NCBI GenBank assembly: GCA_965644265.1
Contig: OZ286463.1
Coordinates: forward strand, 56,916,001-56,980,000
Direction: 5' to 3'
Origin: Glycera tridactyla
Taxonomy: Eukaryota
DNA: 64,000 bases
Positions 63,345 to 64,000 of this stretch are shown one piece after another. The notes under the pieces are model-generated. The model saw nothing but the letters and a program-made list of their open reading frames with translations. It did not search any database and was not told the DNA's origin. A program made the translations under genes and the position numbers. Every line of letters starts with the position of its first letter. Positions within the stretch are counted from its first letter, which is position 1.

Positions 63345-64000
63345 AGAGCGTCGGCAGTTTGTTGCTGGCGAGGGTGCCAAACTGGAAGGTTGATGGTTCC
63401 AATCCCATACAAGCCAAAAATTAATTTGGGCATTTGGAACACATTTCATTGACCTGTTGCCAGTACAATCTGGAAATATGTCTCTGACATGATTTCTATC
63501 ACTAAAAAAATGTGTGTGAATGTGAGTGCCAGGTTTCGTGATACATTGACCTCTGGGGGTAACACACTGCCAGCGCTCTGGCTTAACTGCCTCCATTGCA
63601 GATCCATTTTTGTGGATCTGCCGTGGGGCAGAGGACAAGAGCGTCGGCAGTTTGTTGCTGGCGAGGGTGCCAAACTGGAAGGTTGATGGTTCAAATCCCA
63701 TACAAGCCAAAAATTAATTTGGGCATTTGGAACACATTTCATTGACCTGTTGCCAGTACAATCTGGAAATATGTCTCTGACATGATTTCTATCACTAAAA
63801 AAATGTGTGTGAATGTGAGTGCCAGGTTTCGTGATACATTGACCTCTGGGGGTAACACACTGCCAGCGCTCTGGCTTAACTGCCTCCATTGCAGATCCAT
63901 TTTTGTGGATCTGCCGTGGGGCAGAGGACAAGAGCGTCGGCAGTTTGTTGCTGGCGAGGGTGCCAAACTGGAAGGTTGATGGTTCCAATCCCATACAAGC
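63345..64000 (+). repeat. 293-bp near-identical tandem array containing a degenerate tRNA-derived (SINE-head-like) segment
   Basis: agagcgtcgg recurs at 63345, 63638 and 63931. A-box-like TGGGGCAGAGG and B-box GGTTC(A/C)AATCCC in each unit. Preceded by a gap and runs off the window end. Confidence 0.9.

Noticed and set aside
62754-63994. 318-aa and 182-aa minus-strand ORFs
   Set aside because: They span N-gaps and the 293-bp tandem units; the reading frame is a by-product of the repeat.
63345-64000. Functional tRNA genes in the tandem array
   Set aside because: D and T stems and the acceptor stem do not pair; treated as a SINE-like head only.
1-64000. CRISPR array or prokaryotic systems
   Set aside because: No equal-length repeats with unique spacers; the intron/exon structure and TE content are eukaryotic.

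Overview
AT-rich, CpG-depleted, intron-dominated metazoan genomic DNA, probably from an invertebrate (inference from the repeat landscape). It is a draft assembly with 12 N-gaps. The only clearly recognisable host gene is the 5' part of an anoctamin/TMEM16 gene on the minus strand. Two conserved phase-0 exons (11569-11739, 2131-2229) join to give ...YFKDGKRRIDYVLAYE...ELEYEDKK|[33 protein letters not shown]. Several candidate N-terminal exons lie upstream (13774, 42492, 48007, 52376) and look like alternative first exons. A plus-strand exon encoding a THAP zinc-finger N-terminus sits at 62569-62705. The rest is a dense mix of short non-autonomous transposons: about 35 TA-flanked CAGT-ended MITE copies or fragments in several families (often nested or tandem), CAGGG-ended elements with unusual 5-bp or 6-bp target-site duplications, Helentron-associated (HINE/pearl-like) elements, SINE/LINE tails, degenerate Penelope-like hammerhead motifs, near-identical tandem arrays (257 bp and 293 bp) and microsatellites. 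I recognised no rRNA, intact tRNA, CRISPR array or full-length transposase. Almost all ORFs in the supplied track are spurious. Family names A, A2, B, C, D, E, F are my own labels. Coordinates and percent identities were read by eye.
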